64,000 nt of DNA from Minisyncoccia bacterium (GTDB taxonomy: Bacteria; Patescibacteriota; Minisyncoccia; Phycocordibacterales; PALSA-1337). The stretch lies in assembly GCA_044228445.1 (NCBI GenBank), contig JBGAUV010000001.1, positions 250,495 through 314,494 on the forward strand, read 5' to 3'. Shown here piece by piece: positions 63,269-64,000 of this stretch (within the stretch, counting starts at the first letter, position 1; each line of letters begins with the position of its first letter). Below the pieces are notes generated by a model, which made no database searches, had not been told where the DNA came from, and saw only the letters and a list, made by a program, of their open reading frames with translations. The translations under genes were made by a program, and so were the position numbers.

Positions 63269-63322
63269 ATATATCACACTTATATTTTAATAAATAACCA
63301 TTTGCCATAATATATTAAGATA

Positions 63323-63331
63323 TGGTATAAT
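63323..63331 (+). promoter_or_regulatory. Extended -10 (TGgTATAAT) of the rnpB promoter
   Basis: 6-7 nt upstream of the predicted RNase P RNA 5' end. Confidence 0.5.
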
Positions 63332-63336
63332 TATTA

Positions 63337-63672
63337 GGTACCAGACAGTTGCTATGATACGAAAGTATCGTAGAGGAAAGTCCGAACATTGGCCTGACGC
63401 AAGTTAGGCAGAAAGGTAGCGGGTAACGCCCGTCAGTCGAAGGACTAGAGGTGCGAACAGAGACGTCTTTATTGGAAACGATAAAGAGACCCTTCGGGGT
63501 TAGCTTGTATAGAAATATATGAGGTGCAACGGCAAAATCCTTACCCCAATGCAAGGCCGTGCTTTATAGGAAACTATAAAGAGTGCCGCTTGAGGTTAAT
63601 TGCAAAATTAATCCCAGATAAATGACTGTCGTTCGTTTTTAACGAATACAGAATTCGGCTTACAGGTACAAT
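63337..63672 (+). ncRNA. rnpB: RNase P RNA, bacterial type A
   Basis: ACCAGACAGTTGC, GAGGAAAGTCCG, GGTAACGCC, GCAAGGCC, GCCGCTTGAGG, AGATAAATGACTGTC, ACAGAATTCGGCTTA all align to the E. coli M1 RNA conserved blocks. Confidence 0.9.
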
Positions 63673-63680
63673 ATGAAAAA

Positions 63681-63706
63681 ACTCTCCTTAGCGGTGAGTT
63701 TTTTCA
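63681..63706 (+). terminator. Terminator after rnpB
   Basis: ACTCTCC-TTAGC-GGTGAGT followed by TTTTTT. Confidence 0.55.
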
Positions 63707-63813
63707 TTTATATAGCCAAAAAATACAACATATTATCAACAAAATTAACCTATTTTCGGGTGTATTTATCTGGTATAATCAAATTATATAAATTATATTT
63801 AAAATAGAAAAAA

Positions 63814-64000
63814 ATGAACCCAACAACACAAAATGCAACCTTTTTTGAAAGAGTCGAATCGATCTTGGTGTACACAACTACACTTTTGGTGATAATAGGT
63901 TTCATTCCTTCAAATATAATACCTTTTGATTCAGCAAAAACTGTATTTATTTCAATCGGTATGATATTGGCTTTTATCGCCTATATGATAGGTGTAGTAA
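63814..64000 (+). CDS. Membrane protein, 3'-partial (runs off the window)
   Basis: ATG at 63814, open to the window end; MNPTTQNATFFERVESILVYTTTLLVIIGF... is hydrophobic. Confidence 0.4.
   Translation, partial: MNPTTQNATFFERVESILVYTTTLLVIIGFIPSNIIPFDSAKTVFISIGMILAFIAYMIGVV

Noticed and set aside
63315-63554. 79-aa ORF on the minus strand
   Set aside because: It is antisense to and wholly within the RNase P RNA gene.
1-64000. Alternative genetic code (UGA recoding, as in Gracilibacteria/SR1)
   Set aside because: Long conserved genes (secA, nrdA, asnB, pyk) are uninterrupted under the standard bacterial code.
1-64000. CRISPR arrays, IS elements, integrases or reverse transcriptases
   Set aside because: I saw no regularly spaced short repeats and no ORF with recombinase, transposase or RT motifs. 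The only significant repeats are those reported at 60.6-62.9 kb.

Overview
Low-GC (about 30% by eye) bacterial chromosome segment that looks like a Candidate Phyla Radiation / Patescibacteria (Parcubacteria-like) genome. It carries a stand-alone 16S rRNA gene with divergent universal-primer sites and no anti-Shine-Dalgarno tail, tRNA-Ile(GAU), and a type-A RNase P RNA. Housekeeping genes include secF, secA, pyk, radC, murB, murD, a MurC/Mpl-like ligase, mraY and nrdAB. A ~29 kb, almost unidirectional cell-surface glycan cluster (21.5-50.4 kb) holds about 15 glycosyltransferase-type genes, 7 SAM-methyltransferase domains, AsnB, a desaturase-like protein, a Wzx flippase and an O-antigen-ligase/TPR protein. 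I saw no integrase, transposase, reverse transcriptase, Cas gene or CRISPR array. The most unusual content is a set of GC-richer, compositionally foreign intergenic islands. The main one is at 60.6-63.3 kb, between nrdB/SET and rnpB; a related one is at 19.0-19.65 kb, and a weaker one at 5.5-5.8 kb. They are built from autonomous cassettes (promoter, strong SD, small ORF, terminator). They also contain a ~34-nt junction motif (6 clear copies plus 2 degenerate), a 173-bp repeat present twice (172/173 identical), and three divergently transcribed structured sRNA candidates that share one conserved sigma70-type promoter. The island genes have canonical SD sequences, whereas the resident 16S lacks CCUCC and host genes lack SDs. 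The function of the islands is unknown, and they are my main candidate for an undescribed system.
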